This document shows, in pieces, positions 9,273 to 21,882 of a stretch of DNA of 64,000 bases (the stretch's first letter is position 1; each line of letters opens with the position of its first letter). A program made the translations under genes and the position numbers. The DNA is from Vicinamibacteria bacterium. Lineage in GTDB: Bacteria > Acidobacteriota > Vicinamibacteria > Marinacidobacterales > Marinacidobacteraceae. The stretch spans positions 3,040,001 to 3,104,000 of the forward strand of contig CAXXLQ010000004.1 of NCBI GenBank assembly GCA_963668695.2, read 5' to 3'. The notes below the pieces were generated by a model. The model had not been told where the DNA came from. It was given only the letters and a program-made list of their open reading frames with translations, and made no database searches.

Positions 9273-10417
9273 TCGGACGCTGGCCCGAGGACGAAGAGCG
9301 TCCCGTCCTGGGTGCCGAAGACGATACGCCCGCCGGCTATGGCGGGCGAGCCCATGATGGCCGCACCGGCGTGGAATTCGAAGACCTTCTCCCCGGTCTC
9401 GAGATCCAGCACGTAGAGGCGGCCGTCGGCGTTGCCGACGTACACCCGGTTTCCTGCCACCGCCGGGGAGGCGTCGAAACGGGCGCGGGCGCGGAAGGTC
9501 CAGCGGGCTTCGCCGGTCTCCCGATCAAGTGCATGGACCAGCTTGTCCCGGCCGGCGACGATCACGATGTCGCCCGCGACCGCCGCCGAGGCGTAGAAGG
9601 GGAAGTGGCGTTCAGGGTGTTCGTAGCGCCAACGCAGTGCTCCGGCCCCAACATCTACCGCCAGCACCTCGTTGTTGAAGGTGCCGTAGTAGAGCGTGTC
9701 GTCGAGGATTGCCGGGGACGCGGCGGTGTAGGCGCCCGAGTCGAAGCGCAGCATCTCGGTTCCGTCCGTGATCCGGACCCCGCGCAGCACGGCGTCGCAT
9801 CCCGTGACCCAGGCAAGCCCGTTCGCCCTGCCCGGGGTGGCGTGCACCGGCCCCTCGGTCTGCAACTTCCAACGGAGTTTGCCGGTGGTCCGGTCCACGG
9901 CATAGAAGTGTTCGTCATAGCTGCCGATCAGCACCAGATCGTCCGCCACGACGGGGGAGGACTTGATCTCGGCGCCGGTCGGGAAGCGCCACCGAACCTC
10001 GCCGGATTCCACGTCCACCGCGTGCAGGACCCCGAGCAGGTCTCCGACGAACACGGCGCCGCCCGCAACCGCCGGCGAGGATTCCCCGAAGCGATCCTCC
10101 TCGAACTCTCCCGCTGCGGCTTCGGTGGCGCCGGGGCGATAGCGCCAAGCCTCGGCGCCGTCTTCGAGATTCAGCTTTACCAGCACTCCCGGGAGGGAGG
10201 TGGCGTAGACGAAGCCACCCACTACGGCCGGCGAGGATTCCACCGAGAAGCCGAGCGGCACGCTCCATTTCAACTCGAGCTCGTCAGGAAGAAGGGAAGC
10301 CGCGATTCCAGTGAGCGCCGCGTCCCGCCGGAACTGGGGCCAGTCGGAGCTGTCCTGGGCAATTGCGCCGGGTGCGAGCGCAAGCAGGAGGGCGGATCGG
10401 AGAGCGACGCGACGCAT
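9269..10417 (-). CDS. PQQ-binding-like (BamB-type) beta-propeller protein
   Basis: Signal peptide, DWPQFR, repeated SSPAV / G-x-x-x-W blades; TGATG overlap with the upstream ADH. Confidence 0.88.
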   Translation of the reverse strand: MRRVALRSALLLALAPGAIAQDSSDWPQFRRDAALTGIAASLLPDELELKWSVPLGFSVESSPAVVGGFVYATSLPGVLVKLNLEDGAEAWRYRPGATEAAAGEFEEDRFGESSPAVAGGAVFVGDLLGVLHAVDVESGEVRWRFPTGAEIKSSPVVADDLVLIGSYDEHFYAVDRTTGKLRWKLQTEGPVHATPGRANGLAWVTGCDAVLRGVRITDGTEMLRFDSGAYTAASPAILDDTLYYGTFNNEVLAVDVGAGALRWRYEHPERHFPFYASAAVAGDIVIVAGRDKLVHALDRETGEARWTFRARARFDASPAVAGNRVYVGNADGRLYVLDLETGEKVFEFHAGAAIMGSPAIAGGRIVFGTQDGTLFVLGPASD

Positions 10418-11565
10418 CAGACGCAGGAACGATAAACGGCCAGCGCGCCGGCGGCATCGAAGGGGCGCGGGTTGAAACGGCCGGTCCATTCGCGGGACGC
10501 TTCCTCGGCGAGGGCGGGAAGGTCGTCCGGCCGCACGCGCGCTTGGTCGAGGTTCTCGGGCAAGTCGGCCAGGACGACCCACTCTTCAAGATGCTTGGCG
10601 AGTGTTTCCGCCGCATTGCCGCCGGGAGGGATCTCCGCTGCCTCCAACAGTTCCCGATAGGCGGCGTCCGCCGCGGGCGCGTTCCACCGGACGACCCGCG
10701 GCAGGGTGATGGCCAGGGCCCGGCCGTGCGCCACCTCGAAGCGCCGGGTCAGCGGGTTCGCGCAGGCGTGGGCGGCGCCGAGCATGGACCGCTCGATCGC
10801 GGCGCCGGCGAGGAAGGCCCCGAGCTGCATGTCTTCCCATTCGGCGGCGTCCGCCTCGCCCGCGACGGCACACGGAAAAGCGCGGCTCAGGAGCGCGAAA
10901 GCTCGGTGACTCAGGACGAGTGATTCTTCGGTATGCCCGGAGGTCACCGCCGTTTCCACTGCGTGCGCCACGGCATCGAACCCGGCGGCGGCGATCACCT
11001 CCGGCGGCGCCGAGGGCAGAAGCCGCGGATCCAGGATCACGGCCCGGAACATCGCGGTAGGAGCCCCACAGGCGAGTTTCTGATGGTCCCGGTCCCGGGA
11101 GATGAGGGCATAGGACTGGGCCTCGCTTCCGGTTCCGGCGGTCGTCGGAACGCCCAACAGCGGAGGCAAGGGACGGGGGCACTTGCCGTAGCCTCGATAG
11201 TCCTCCATGCGGCCGCCGCCAGCCAGGAGGAAGCCGGCTCCTTTCGCGACATCCAGCGAACTGCCACCCCCGACCCCGGCGAGAGAGTCGGCGTCCATCC
11301 GGCGGGCGGCTTCGGCGGCCCGGACCACGTCGGATTCGGTGGGGTTTTCGCCGAAGTCGGAGAAGGACTCCGCGTGGACGTCTGCGGCCCTGAGCCTCGC
11401 CACCGCCCGGCCGGTGATCCCCGCGTCCACGATTCCCGGGTCGGAGGTAACGAGAGTCCGGCGGAAACCCAGCTGCGCAGCGACCTCCCCGAGTGACGCG
11501 AGCGCCCCCGCTCCGGAATGAACGAGCGGGGAGGGGCCGCTCGGGAGCCGCCAGGATTGGGGCAT
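10417..11565 (-). CDS. Iron-containing alcohol dehydrogenase
   Basis: GGGSSLDVAK, PTTAGTGSE, DAVAHAVE, GAAHACA, HG metal ligands. Confidence 0.92.
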   Translation of the reverse strand: MPQSWRLPSGPSPLVHSGAGALASLGEVAAQLGFRRTLVTSDPGIVDAGITGRAVARLRAADVHAESFSDFGENPTESDVVRAAEAARRMDADSLAGVGGGSSLDVAKGAGFLLAGGGRMEDYRGYGKCPRPLPPLLGVPTTAGTGSEAQSYALISRDRDHQKLACGAPTAMFRAVILDPRLLPSAPPEVIAAAGFDAVAHAVETAVTSGHTEESLVLSHRAFALLSRAFPCAVAGEADAAEWEDMQLGAFLAGAAIERSMLGAAHACANPLTRRFEVAHGRALAITLPRVVRWNAPAADAAYRELLEAAEIPPGGNAAETLAKHLEEWVVLADLPENLDQARVRPDDLPALAEEASREWTGRFNPRPFDAAGALAVYRSCV

Positions 11566-11594
11566 GGACGTGCTCCGTCCGAACGCCGGTCGGG

Positions 11595-13052
11595 TCAGCG
11601 TCCTTCGGTGGTCGTGTCCTGGTCCTCGATGGCGAAGAGCTGGTTGCGGCTCGCGATGTAGAGGACGCCGTTTGCGGGGACGGCAGTCGAATAGACGGAA
11701 CTCCCCATGTTCATCTCGGCGATCACTTCCTCGGCCGGCCCTGGCCGGAGCACCACGACATCGCCGTCCTCGTCGCCGAGGTACAGCTTGCCGTCCGCGA
11801 TGAGCGGGGAGGCCCAGACCGCCGCGAAGGTGTCGTGGACCCAAAGAGGCTCTCCGGTATCGACGTCCAGGGCGTGGAGGAAGCCGGAAAAATCGGGCAG
11901 GTAGAGGATGCCGTCCTTCACCGCACCCGTGGCGATGGTGCGCCGGATGGTGTCGTAGTGCCAGAGGCGGCCCGTCTCGGTGATGTCGCCGCGCTTGGTG
12001 GCGTCAATCGCGTAGAGGTGGCCGACTCCCTCGCCGTGTTCCGGATCTTGCCCGTTGGCGATGAAGAGGCGATCGTTCAGGATCACCGGGGTGGAGATCA
12101 CGTTGTTCCGGGTCCGCGGCCAGACGGCGTCATCCGGGTTGGTGTTGAACCACCAGAGGGTCTCCCCGGTGTCCGCCACGTAGCCCCGGACCCAGCCGTC
12201 CCCTTCGCCCATGATGACCTGGGTGATTCCGCCAACCTCCGCGACGCCCGCGGAAGACCACTGGCCGTGAAGGATGTTCTCCCCGACGTGGTTCTGCTCC
12301 CAGACGAGTTCCCCGGTCTCCTTGTCCACCGCGATGATCGCGGGCGATAGCGGCGACGGGATGTTGGCGTGGGTTTCGTCGTGGCCGTTCGAGGCGTTGA
12401 CGAAGAGCAGGTTCCCGTACGCAACCGGGCTGGCGTTCGACATGTTGTGGGGAAAGGAGCCGATCTCCTCCATCATGTCCAGTTTCCAGATAACGTCCCC
12501 GTCGGTCGGGGACTGGAGCGCTTCGTCGGTTACCGGGCCGTCGTTGCCGTTCGCCATCCCGTGAACGTCGAGCGCCAGCAGTTCGCCCCGGTTCGTGACG
12601 TAGTAAAGACGGTCGCCTTCCACCAGCGGAGAGGAGCAGACCCCCTGGTAGGGCCAGTCGTTGACCCGGCCGGAGACGAGCTTGTCAGAGACCATCTGCC
12701 ACAAGAACTCGCCCGTGGCGGCATCGAACGCGATCAGGACGCCCTTGTCTCCGATGATTTCCTTGTCGTAGAGGGCCTCGTTGTTCGTGCCGACGAATAC
12801 CCTTCCTCCGGCAACGACGGGGTTGCCGTAGGTCTGCGACCCGAGGGGGGCCACCCAGCGGACGTTGGTTCCACTGTCCACGTCCCATTCGGCCGGAAGC
12901 CGGGCCGTGGTGTCGGAAACCATGTTCCGGTCGGGCGTGCCTCCCCACATCGGCCAGTCCTGGGCCGTTGCGCTGCCGGCGGCGCTCAGAAGGAGCGCGG
13001 ACAGGGGCAGCGCCGCTGTTGCCGCGCGGCGCTGTGAGTTCGGTCGGAACAT
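11595..13052 (-). CDS. PQQ-like beta-propeller protein
   Basis: Signal peptide, DWPMWGG, repeated blades. Confidence 0.88.
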   Translation of the reverse strand: MFRPNSQRRAATAALPLSALLLSAAGSATAQDWPMWGGTPDRNMVSDTTARLPAEWDVDSGTNVRWVAPLGSQTYGNPVVAGGRVFVGTNNEALYDKEIIGDKGVLIAFDAATGEFLWQMVSDKLVSGRVNDWPYQGVCSSPLVEGDRLYYVTNRGELLALDVHGMANGNDGPVTDEALQSPTDGDVIWKLDMMEEIGSFPHNMSNASPVAYGNLLFVNASNGHDETHANIPSPLSPAIIAVDKETGELVWEQNHVGENILHGQWSSAGVAEVGGITQVIMGEGDGWVRGYVADTGETLWWFNTNPDDAVWPRTRNNVISTPVILNDRLFIANGQDPEHGEGVGHLYAIDATKRGDITETGRLWHYDTIRRTIATGAVKDGILYLPDFSGFLHALDVDTGEPLWVHDTFAAVWASPLIADGKLYLGDEDGDVVVLRPGPAEEVIAEMNMGSSVYSTAVPANGVLYIASRNQLFAIEDQDTTTEGR

Positions 13053-13067
13053 GCGGTGTTCTCCCAG

Positions 13068-15269
13068 TTACTCGCCGGGGTCCACGACGATGTTGTCGAA
13101 GAAAACCTCGGCGGACACCGCGTCGGCGAAGATCCCCGGAGTGCCTTCGCGGTGCGGCAATTCTTCGCGCCACTCGAGCGTCCAGTCGGCGGGCTCGCCA
13201 TCGCCGCGGGGCCACACCTTTCCGCGGGCCACGACTCCGCCTTCGTCCTCCACAACCTGGAACTTCATCGAGTACCAGGTGTCCGGCTCCCACGCGAAGG
13301 GCATCTGCGTCGTTCGACCCGGAGTCGCCTGCCAGGACTGGATTTCAAGCCGCTGATGCGACCCCATGAGCACGAACTGGTACCGCTGGGCGACGAGGCC
13401 CGCGTTTCCCATCTGGCGGCGGCGCGTTTTCGCCAGGACGTCCGCCGACACCGTGTATCCCGAGAGCGTCGGGGGACCCATGTAGACGCGGGCGCGGCGC
13501 AGGAAGGGGTTGTCCGCCCGCTTGACGAGCACCCGCTGCCCATCCTCCAGCGTGCGGGTTTCGTACTTGCCGGCGGAGTTCACCCACACCGCGGGCACCC
13601 GCGAATCCTCGGCGTCGAAATCCCAATTCCAGGGCAGGGGAGGAACCACCCGGAACCGCGCGGATCCACTGATTTCGCCGACACTCGCGGTCACGCTTCC
13701 GGCGCCCGCCGCAGCATCCGCCATCACCTGCAGCGTGTTTCCTTCGACGCCGCCTGCGAAACCCGTCACCGACCAGGTCAGATCGCCGGGAGCGTCCACC
13801 GGATTGCCGAGCGCATCGAACACCCGCGCGGTCAGGGCGATCTCGTCGCCGGGGGCCAGGATCTCCTCCGTCGGTGAGAGCACCAGACGGGCAGGCGCTC
13901 CTCCGGGGCTTTCCGGCGGCGACGGGGCCTCTGCATCCGGCGCCGGCCGCCGTTCGCCGATCGCGTAGAGCGCGCCGCTTGAGACCACGTACACCACACC
14001 GTCACTGACCGCTGCCGAAGCGATGATCTCGTCCGCGATCTCTTCGGAACCGAGCACGTCTTCGTCGAGCACTTCCACGCCTTCGCGCGACGGACGCAGG
14101 ATGAAGAACCGTCCGTTGCCCGTTCCCACGTAGAGCTTGCCGTCCGCGAGCACCGGAGAGGCGCGCTGGATGGTGCCCAGGTTGTGGGTCCAGAGGCGCG
14201 CGCCGTCCGCCGTCGAGAAGGCCGCCAGGTTGGCGCTGTTGTCGATCTGGTAGAGGAGATCTCCGTCCCCGACGCCCGAGGAATACCCTCCCAGGAATCC
14301 GGGCACCTGCCAGAGCGGCGCTTCTTTACCAATTTCCCCCGCTGAAGTAGCGTCGAGAGCGGCGACCAGACCCATCATCGAAGAGTTCAGGTTCTCCTCG
14401 CCGTGGCTCACCACGGCCACGTCTCCAAAGAGCAGAGCGCCGGTGTTCACTCCCCGCTTGCTCATCGGAAAGTTCCAGACCGAGGCGCCGGTCGCCGGCT
14501 GGATCGCATGAAAGGCGCCATCACCCCCGCCGACCAGCAGCAGCCGCTGGCCGTCAATGGTTCGTACGGAAGCCGGCGAGTAGGTCGTGTCGAAGGGACG
14601 GCCGCCGGGCGCCGAGAACCAGACCATCTTCCCGGTCCGCTTGTCGAAAGCGAAGAACCGCTGACTCCCGCGGGCGTGTTCCCCCCACGAAGAGGTCAGG
14701 CCGCTGAGGATCACCAGGTCGTCCAGGATCAATGGCGATGCGGTCCGGCCGCCGTGGGTAGTGACCAGGCCGAGCTCCTCGGGGAGCGAACGCTCCCAGC
14801 GGAGATGCCCGTCGGCGGCGTCGAAGGCGCTCAGGCTGCCGCCCAGGGTGAAAAAATACACCGTTCCGGTTTCGGCGTCCGCCGCCGGAGACGCCCAACC
14901 GACGCGGCGGGGCGGGGCGTCGGAGTGGTAGATGTTCCGCCGCTGCTCCCAGAGCAGATCTCCGGTGCCGGCGTCGAGGGCCACCAGGCGTTCCTGCCGG
15001 GTCTCCCGATCGCCAACGCCGTGCTGCAGGAACAGGCGGTCACCGAGGATGACCGGGGTCGAACGACCGCCGTACGGAGCCTTGAAGAGCAGGTTTTCGC
15101 CGTCGGGGGACCAGGACTCGGGAAGTCCGGTTTCCGAAGAACGCCCGTCACGGTCAGGTCCGCGGATTTCCGGCCAATCGGAAGCGAAGAGGGAGGCGGC
15201 AAAAAAGAAAGCCACTACCCCCGCGGCGGCCGCTGCCGGAACGCCGCGGCGAGTGGTTCCGAGATCCAT
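13068..15269 (-). CDS. PQQ-like beta-propeller with Ig-like and C-terminal concanavalin-like domains
   Basis: DWPEIRGP, blades, Ig-like segment, C-terminal PDTWYSMKF...VFFDNIVV; start uncertain. Confidence 0.82.
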   Translation of the reverse strand: MDLGTTRRGVPAAAAAGVVAFFFAASLFASDWPEIRGPDRDGRSSETGLPESWSPDGENLLFKAPYGGRSTPVILGDRLFLQHGVGDRETRQERLVALDAGTGDLLWEQRRNIYHSDAPPRRVGWASPAADAETGTVYFFTLGGSLSAFDAADGHLRWERSLPEELGLVTTHGGRTASPLILDDLVILSGLTSSWGEHARGSQRFFAFDKRTGKMVWFSAPGGRPFDTTYSPASVRTIDGQRLLLVGGGDGAFHAIQPATGASVWNFPMSKRGVNTGALLFGDVAVVSHGEENLNSSMMGLVAALDATSAGEIGKEAPLWQVPGFLGGYSSGVGDGDLLYQIDNSANLAAFSTADGARLWTHNLGTIQRASPVLADGKLYVGTGNGRFFILRPSREGVEVLDEDVLGSEEIADEIIASAAVSDGVVYVVSSGALYAIGERRPAPDAEAPSPPESPGGAPARLVLSPTEEILAPGDEIALTARVFDALGNPVDAPGDLTWSVTGFAGGVEGNTLQVMADAAAGAGSVTASVGEISGSARFRVVPPLPWNWDFDAEDSRVPAVWVNSAGKYETRTLEDGQRVLVKRADNPFLRRARVYMGPPTLSGYTVSADVLAKTRRRQMGNAGLVAQRYQFVLMGSHQRLEIQSWQATPGRTTQMPFAWEPDTWYSMKFQVVEDEGGVVARGKVWPRGDGEPADWTLEWREELPHREGTPGIFADAVSAEVFFDNIVVDPGE

Positions 15270-15341
15270 GGCGGGACGGGAGTCTAACGGGGGCCGGAGC
15301 GGCGCGAAAACGCCGTAACGGGGCCGGGGCGCCGGCCCGCT

Positions 15342-16811
15342 ATGCAACCCAAAGCGCCAGCGGACACAATACGGCGCACCGTGCGCAACGTTTTTCATTT
15401 GACTGTCCGGGGAACCTTGTTGATCACCGGAATCCTCGTCGCCGGCTCACCCGGGCTCGCCCTCGGCGGCCAGGGATCCGGGGTCGCCCCGTCCCCCCCG
15501 AAGAATCCGGGCGCGCCCACGCTGTGGTCCGCCAACTGGCCGGGCTGGCGGGGGCCGACCGCGGATGGAGTCTCGGGCGAAACGGGATTGCCGATTCGCT
15601 TCAACCCGGACGAGAACGGGCTCTGGAAGACGGCAACGCCCGGGGAGGGACACTCCTCTCCGGTCGTCTGGGACCAGCTCCTCTTCGTTTCCGCAGCCGT
15701 TGCCGGAGAGGCGATTCCCGGGCACGCGCCGCCGGTCCACATCCGGGACGGAGAGGTCTACCTGCACCCCGGAAGCGCGGACGGAGAGCTCCACCACACC
15801 CTGCTGGCGCTCGCCTACGACGCGCGGACGGGACGGGAGGTCTGGCGGCGGACGGTCCACGACGGACCGGTCTACGACAACAAGTACAAGAGCAACACCT
15901 ACGCTTCGTTGACGGCGGTGGCCGACGGGGAGCGCGTCTATTTCTTCTTCGGCTCGGAAGGCCTGTTCGCCTTCACCATGGACGGGGATCCGGTCTGGCA
16001 GACCGATGTAGGCGACTTCGGCGTCTGGGGGCTCGGGCAGGGCATTTCCCCGGTGCTTCACGGCGAGTTCCTGATTCTCGTCTGCGACAACGACGGGGGG
16101 GAGGGATCGAAGATGTTCGGGGTGGATCGCCGCACCGGGGAAGTCGCGTGGGTTACCGAGCGCCAGGTGCGGAAGAGCTGGGCCACGCCGGCACTGGTTC
16201 CGATCGGCGGAAAGACCCAGATGGTGGTACCGAGCTATGACCGGCTGGCGGCCTACGATCCGTTGACCGGCGCCGAAATCTGGAGCTTGGCGGGGCTCGA
16301 CTCCAACATGGTGCACACCCCCGTGCACATGCCGGTAGAAGACGGACGGCTCGTGTTCATTTCCACGGGGTATCCCAAGAAGGAGATGCACGCGCTGCGG
16401 CTCACCGCCGGGGCGCCACCGACCACCGAATGGATCTATCCAAAGGGCACCGGTTACCTCCCGTCGGCGCTCCTCTACGAGGGGGTGCTGGTATTCCTTT
16501 CGGACGGCGGGGTCGTCACCGGCGTCGATCCCCTCAGCGGGGACTTGCTCTTTCAGGGTCGGCCGTCGAACCCGGGCCGCTACCACGCCTCGCCGATCGG
16601 CTACGACGGAAACATCCTCATCAGCAGCATCGAGGGAGATCTGACGGTCCTGCGAGCCGGGCGGGAGTTCGAGATCGTGGCCGAAAGCTCGCTTCCCGAG
16701 GCACTCTGGGCGTCGCCGGCAATCGCCGGAGGGACACTCTTCCTCCGCGGGGCGGACCATCTCTACGCCTTCCGTTCTCCCGCGTCCGGAGAGACGACGC
16801 CGGCTCGCTGA
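15342..16811 (+). CDS. PQQ-like beta-propeller protein
   Basis: NWPGWRGP, GHSSPVVW, ASPAIAGG; start may be a downstream TTG. Confidence 0.87.
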   Translation: MQPKAPADTIRRTVRNVFHLTVRGTLLITGILVAGSPGLALGGQGSGVAPSPPKNPGAPTLWSANWPGWRGPTADGVSGETGLPIRFNPDENGLWKTATPGEGHSSPVVWDQLLFVSAAVAGEAIPGHAPPVHIRDGEVYLHPGSADGELHHTLLALAYDARTGREVWRRTVHDGPVYDNKYKSNTYASLTAVADGERVYFFFGSEGLFAFTMDGDPVWQTDVGDFGVWGLGQGISPVLHGEFLILVCDNDGGEGSKMFGVDRRTGEVAWVTERQVRKSWATPALVPIGGKTQMVVPSYDRLAAYDPLTGAEIWSLAGLDSNMVHTPVHMPVEDGRLVFISTGYPKKEMHALRLTAGAPPTTEWIYPKGTGYLPSALLYEGVLVFLSDGGVVTGVDPLSGDLLFQGRPSNPGRYHASPIGYDGNILISSIEGDLTVLRAGREFEIVAESSLPEALWASPAIAGGTLFLRGADHLYAFRSPASGETTPAR

Positions 16812-16813
16812 CG

Positions 16814-18178
16814 TTGCGTTTCCCTCGCGCCCAGTGGGCGCTCGCTCGCGCCGCCGCCGCTGTCCTCCTGGTGGCGGCGGTGGGATCAGCCCAGGAACCC
16901 GGCGCCGCGAGTTGGCCCCAGTGGCGCGGCCCGGGCGGCCGAGCGCACGCGGAGTCCGCGGCACCGCTCCGGTGGGGAGCAGACGAGAACCTTCTCTGGA
17001 AAGCGCCCATTCAGGGCCGCGGCCATTCATCGCCCATCGTCGTGGGCGATCTGATTTTCCTCACCAGCGCCATTTCGAGCGAGAGCGTGCCGGAAGCCAA
17101 GGCCGTAATCCATTTCATGGGGAGCGAAGAGTTCCTGCACCCTGACAGCCTCGGCGCGGACCAGCGTCTGGATGTGTTGCTGCTGGCCTTCGACCGTCAC
17201 AGCGGCGCGCTTCACTGGCGGCGGCAGGTTCGGACCGGGGCTCTCCCCTACGACAACCGCCACCGGATCGGCTCCTACGCCAACCCGACGCCGGTCAGCG
17301 ACGGCGAACGCGTCATCGCCTGGTTCGGGACCCAGGGGCTTCACGCCTTCAGCCTCGGCGGCGACCCCCTCTGGTCCCAGGACTTCGGCGGCGTCGGAAC
17401 CATGGGGATGGGAGTGGCGACTTCTCCCGTGCTCGTCGCCGCGCCCGGTCTCGTGGTAGTCCAAAACGACGTTGAAGGGGGCGAGGGCTCCTTCATCGCC
17501 GCCCTGGACATCCCGACGGGAGCCATTCGCTGGCGGGTAGAGCGGACCCAGCCCGCGGGCTGGGCAACGCCGATTCTGGTCAGCACTGCTGACGGCGCTT
17601 CGCTGATCGTCGCGATGGGAGCCGGCGAGATCGTCGCCTACCACGCGGAAACCGGGGAAGAGCGGTGGCGGGTGGAGGGACTCCGGAGCAATGCGGCGCC
17701 GAGCCCGGTGGCGTCCGGCGACGGTCTCGTGTTCGCCGTGACGGGCTACCCGCGAAAGAACATCCTGGCGCTCGGCGTGGAAGACGGTTCCGTCCATTGG
17801 CGCTATCGCAAGGGACAGGGCTACGTTCCCTCGCCGATCTTTCATCGGGGCGCGCTCTACCTGGTCAGCGACGGAGGCATCCTGACCGCACTCGACGGCC
17901 GGAGCGGCGAAGTCGTCTACGAGGGAGGCCGGATGCCGCTGCCGTCGCGATTCTTCTCCTCCCCGGTGGTGGCGGGGGAGCGCATCTACCTGACCAGCGA
18001 GGACGGAGACACCCATGTGATCCGGTCCGGACCCCGCTTCGAAGTTCTGGCCACCAACAGCGTGGACGAGCCGGTGATGGCCTCGCCGGCGATCGTGGAG
18101 GGCATCCTCTATCTGAGGGGCGCGGAGCACCTCTACGCGATCGCCGATCCGGCGGCCTCGGCCAGTAACGAGCCCTGA
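16814..18178 (+). CDS. PQQ-like beta-propeller protein
   Basis: SWPQWRGP, GHSSPIV, YVPSPI; TTG start immediately after the previous stop. Confidence 0.87.
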   Translation: MRFPRAQWALARAAAAVLLVAAVGSAQEPGAASWPQWRGPGGRAHAESAAPLRWGADENLLWKAPIQGRGHSSPIVVGDLIFLTSAISSESVPEAKAVIHFMGSEEFLHPDSLGADQRLDVLLLAFDRHSGALHWRRQVRTGALPYDNRHRIGSYANPTPVSDGERVIAWFGTQGLHAFSLGGDPLWSQDFGGVGTMGMGVATSPVLVAAPGLVVVQNDVEGGEGSFIAALDIPTGAIRWRVERTQPAGWATPILVSTADGASLIVAMGAGEIVAYHAETGEERWRVEGLRSNAAPSPVASGDGLVFAVTGYPRKNILALGVEDGSVHWRYRKGQGYVPSPIFHRGALYLVSDGGILTALDGRSGEVVYEGGRMPLPSRFFSSPVVAGERIYLTSEDGDTHVIRSGPRFEVLATNSVDEPVMASPAIVEGILYLRGAEHLYAIADPAASASNEP

Positions 18179-18286
18179 CTCGCCCACCGCTTCGTGACGG
18201 GAACTCTGCTCCGAATGTCCTCGTATCAGCACCAACAACCGTGGCGGCCGCGTGACAGCGACGAGCACATCCGAGGGGACGCACTG

Positions 18287-20209
<1,923 letters not shown>

Positions 20210-20375
20210 CCCGGCCCGGCCACCGCACCCGCGGACGGGAAAGGCCCACCTTCCGGATGGCGCCTCGGCAAGGGACCGCCGACCTCTCCAGGTCGGCATC
20301 GCTGCGCGGCAGCGCAGCGAAACACTCAACACGATTCTTTCCGGTGGCGCTCAGGGGCCTTACAGTTCGAACGCA

Positions 20376-21818
20376 ATGAAGCTCGCAGCCCTTCTCCTCG
20401 CGACCGCCTGCCTGAGTGCGGCAGCCGCCGCCACGGCATCCGAATGGGACAGGTTTCGGGGCCCGAACGGCACCGGGATCGGCCCGGACGGCAAACTTCC
20501 GGTGGTCTTCGGGCCGGAACATGGACCCGTCTTCAGGGTGCCGCTCCCCGCCGGGCACTCCTCACCCATCCTGGCGGCTGGCCGGGTGCACGTGACCGCT
20601 TACTCCGAGACCGAGTTCTTCACCATCGCGCTCGACGCCAGCACCGGCGATGAACTCTGGCGGGCAGCCGCGAAGCGCGAGCGCGTCACCGAAGTGGATT
20701 CCCGGAACAACGCGGCATCGCCCAGCGTCGCCGCTACCGAAGACGGGGTGTACGCGTTCTTCCCGGATCTCGGCCTGATCGGCTACGACGGGAAGGGCAG
20801 GGAAGTGTGGCGGCAACCGCTCGGGCCCTTCGACAACTTCTACGGGATGGGGGCCTCACCGATTCTTGCGGGAGACACGGTCATCCTGGTGCTGGACCAG
20901 AACCTCAACTCGGAAATCATCGCGTTGGATCGGAAGGACGGAACGATCCTCTGGCGCACCCCGCGGCCGGAAGCTACGAGCGGCCACTCCACCCCGGTTC
21001 TGCGGGAGACTGGGGATGGGCTCGAAATCCTGGCCCCGGGCAGCTTCCTGCTCACCGCCTACGGCGTCGAGGACGGGAGCGCCCGGTGGTGGGTTCAAGG
21101 ACTGCCCTGGGAAATGAAATCCACGCCCCTGCTCGAGGGAGGTCTGGTTTACGTGAACGGCTACGGGGCGCCGGTGAACCAGCCCGGGAACCAGATCACG
21201 CCGCCGTCCTTCGCCGAGGCCCTCGAAGCGTCCGACGGGAACGGCGACGGTGTGATCGCGCGCGACGAGGCCGAGGGGCACTCCGATTTCTGGTTCGGGG
21301 TGATTGATTTGAGCAGCGACGGGTTGCTGGAAGCCCACGAATGGGCCTACTACGAAGCGGTGCTCTCGTCTCAGAACGGCATCCTGGCGATTCGTCCCGG
21401 CGCGCCGGGGGAAGCCGGCGACCTCACGGCGCAAAACACGGTCTGGAGCTACCGCCGGCGCGTTCCGCAGCTTCCTTCGCCGCTCCTGTACAGCGGTGTC
21501 CTCTACATGGTCAACGACGGAGGCATCGTCACCGCGCTCGATCCGAACACCGGCGAGATGCTGTCGCAGGGCCGGCTCAAGGGGGCCGTGGATGCCTACT
21601 ACGCCTCCCCGGTGGCCGCGGACGGCAAGATTTACTTCGTGAGCGAACTGGGGCTCGCGGCCGTCGTACGGCCACTCGACCCCGGCGAGGAATCGCCGGA
21701 ACTCGACGTCGTCCAGGTGAATCCGCTCGGGGAATCCGTGTACGCCACTCCGGCGATCGCCCCTTCGCGCCTCTACATCCGGACGGTCGAGGCCCTCTAC
21801 GCCTTCGGGCCGGAGTAA
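20376..21818 (+). CDS. PQQ-like beta-propeller with inserted EF-hand-like motifs
   Basis: EWDRFRGP; DGNGDGVIARDE and DLSSDGLLEAHE. Confidence 0.85.
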   Translation: MKLAALLLATACLSAAAAATASEWDRFRGPNGTGIGPDGKLPVVFGPEHGPVFRVPLPAGHSSPILAAGRVHVTAYSETEFFTIALDASTGDELWRAAAKRERVTEVDSRNNAASPSVAATEDGVYAFFPDLGLIGYDGKGREVWRQPLGPFDNFYGMGASPILAGDTVILVLDQNLNSEIIALDRKDGTILWRTPRPEATSGHSTPVLRETGDGLEILAPGSFLLTAYGVEDGSARWWVQGLPWEMKSTPLLEGGLVYVNGYGAPVNQPGNQITPPSFAEALEASDGNGDGVIARDEAEGHSDFWFGVIDLSSDGLLEAHEWAYYEAVLSSQNGILAIRPGAPGEAGDLTAQNTVWSYRRRVPQLPSPLLYSGVLYMVNDGGIVTALDPNTGEMLSQGRLKGAVDAYYASPVAADGKIYFVSELGLAAVVRPLDPGEESPELDVVQVNPLGESVYATPAIAPSRLYIRTVEALYAFGPE

Positions 21819-21882
21819 TCGAACATCGCACTCCCCGGGTTGGCGGCCGGGCGATGCCGGCCGGAGACCGGCGGACCTTTCC

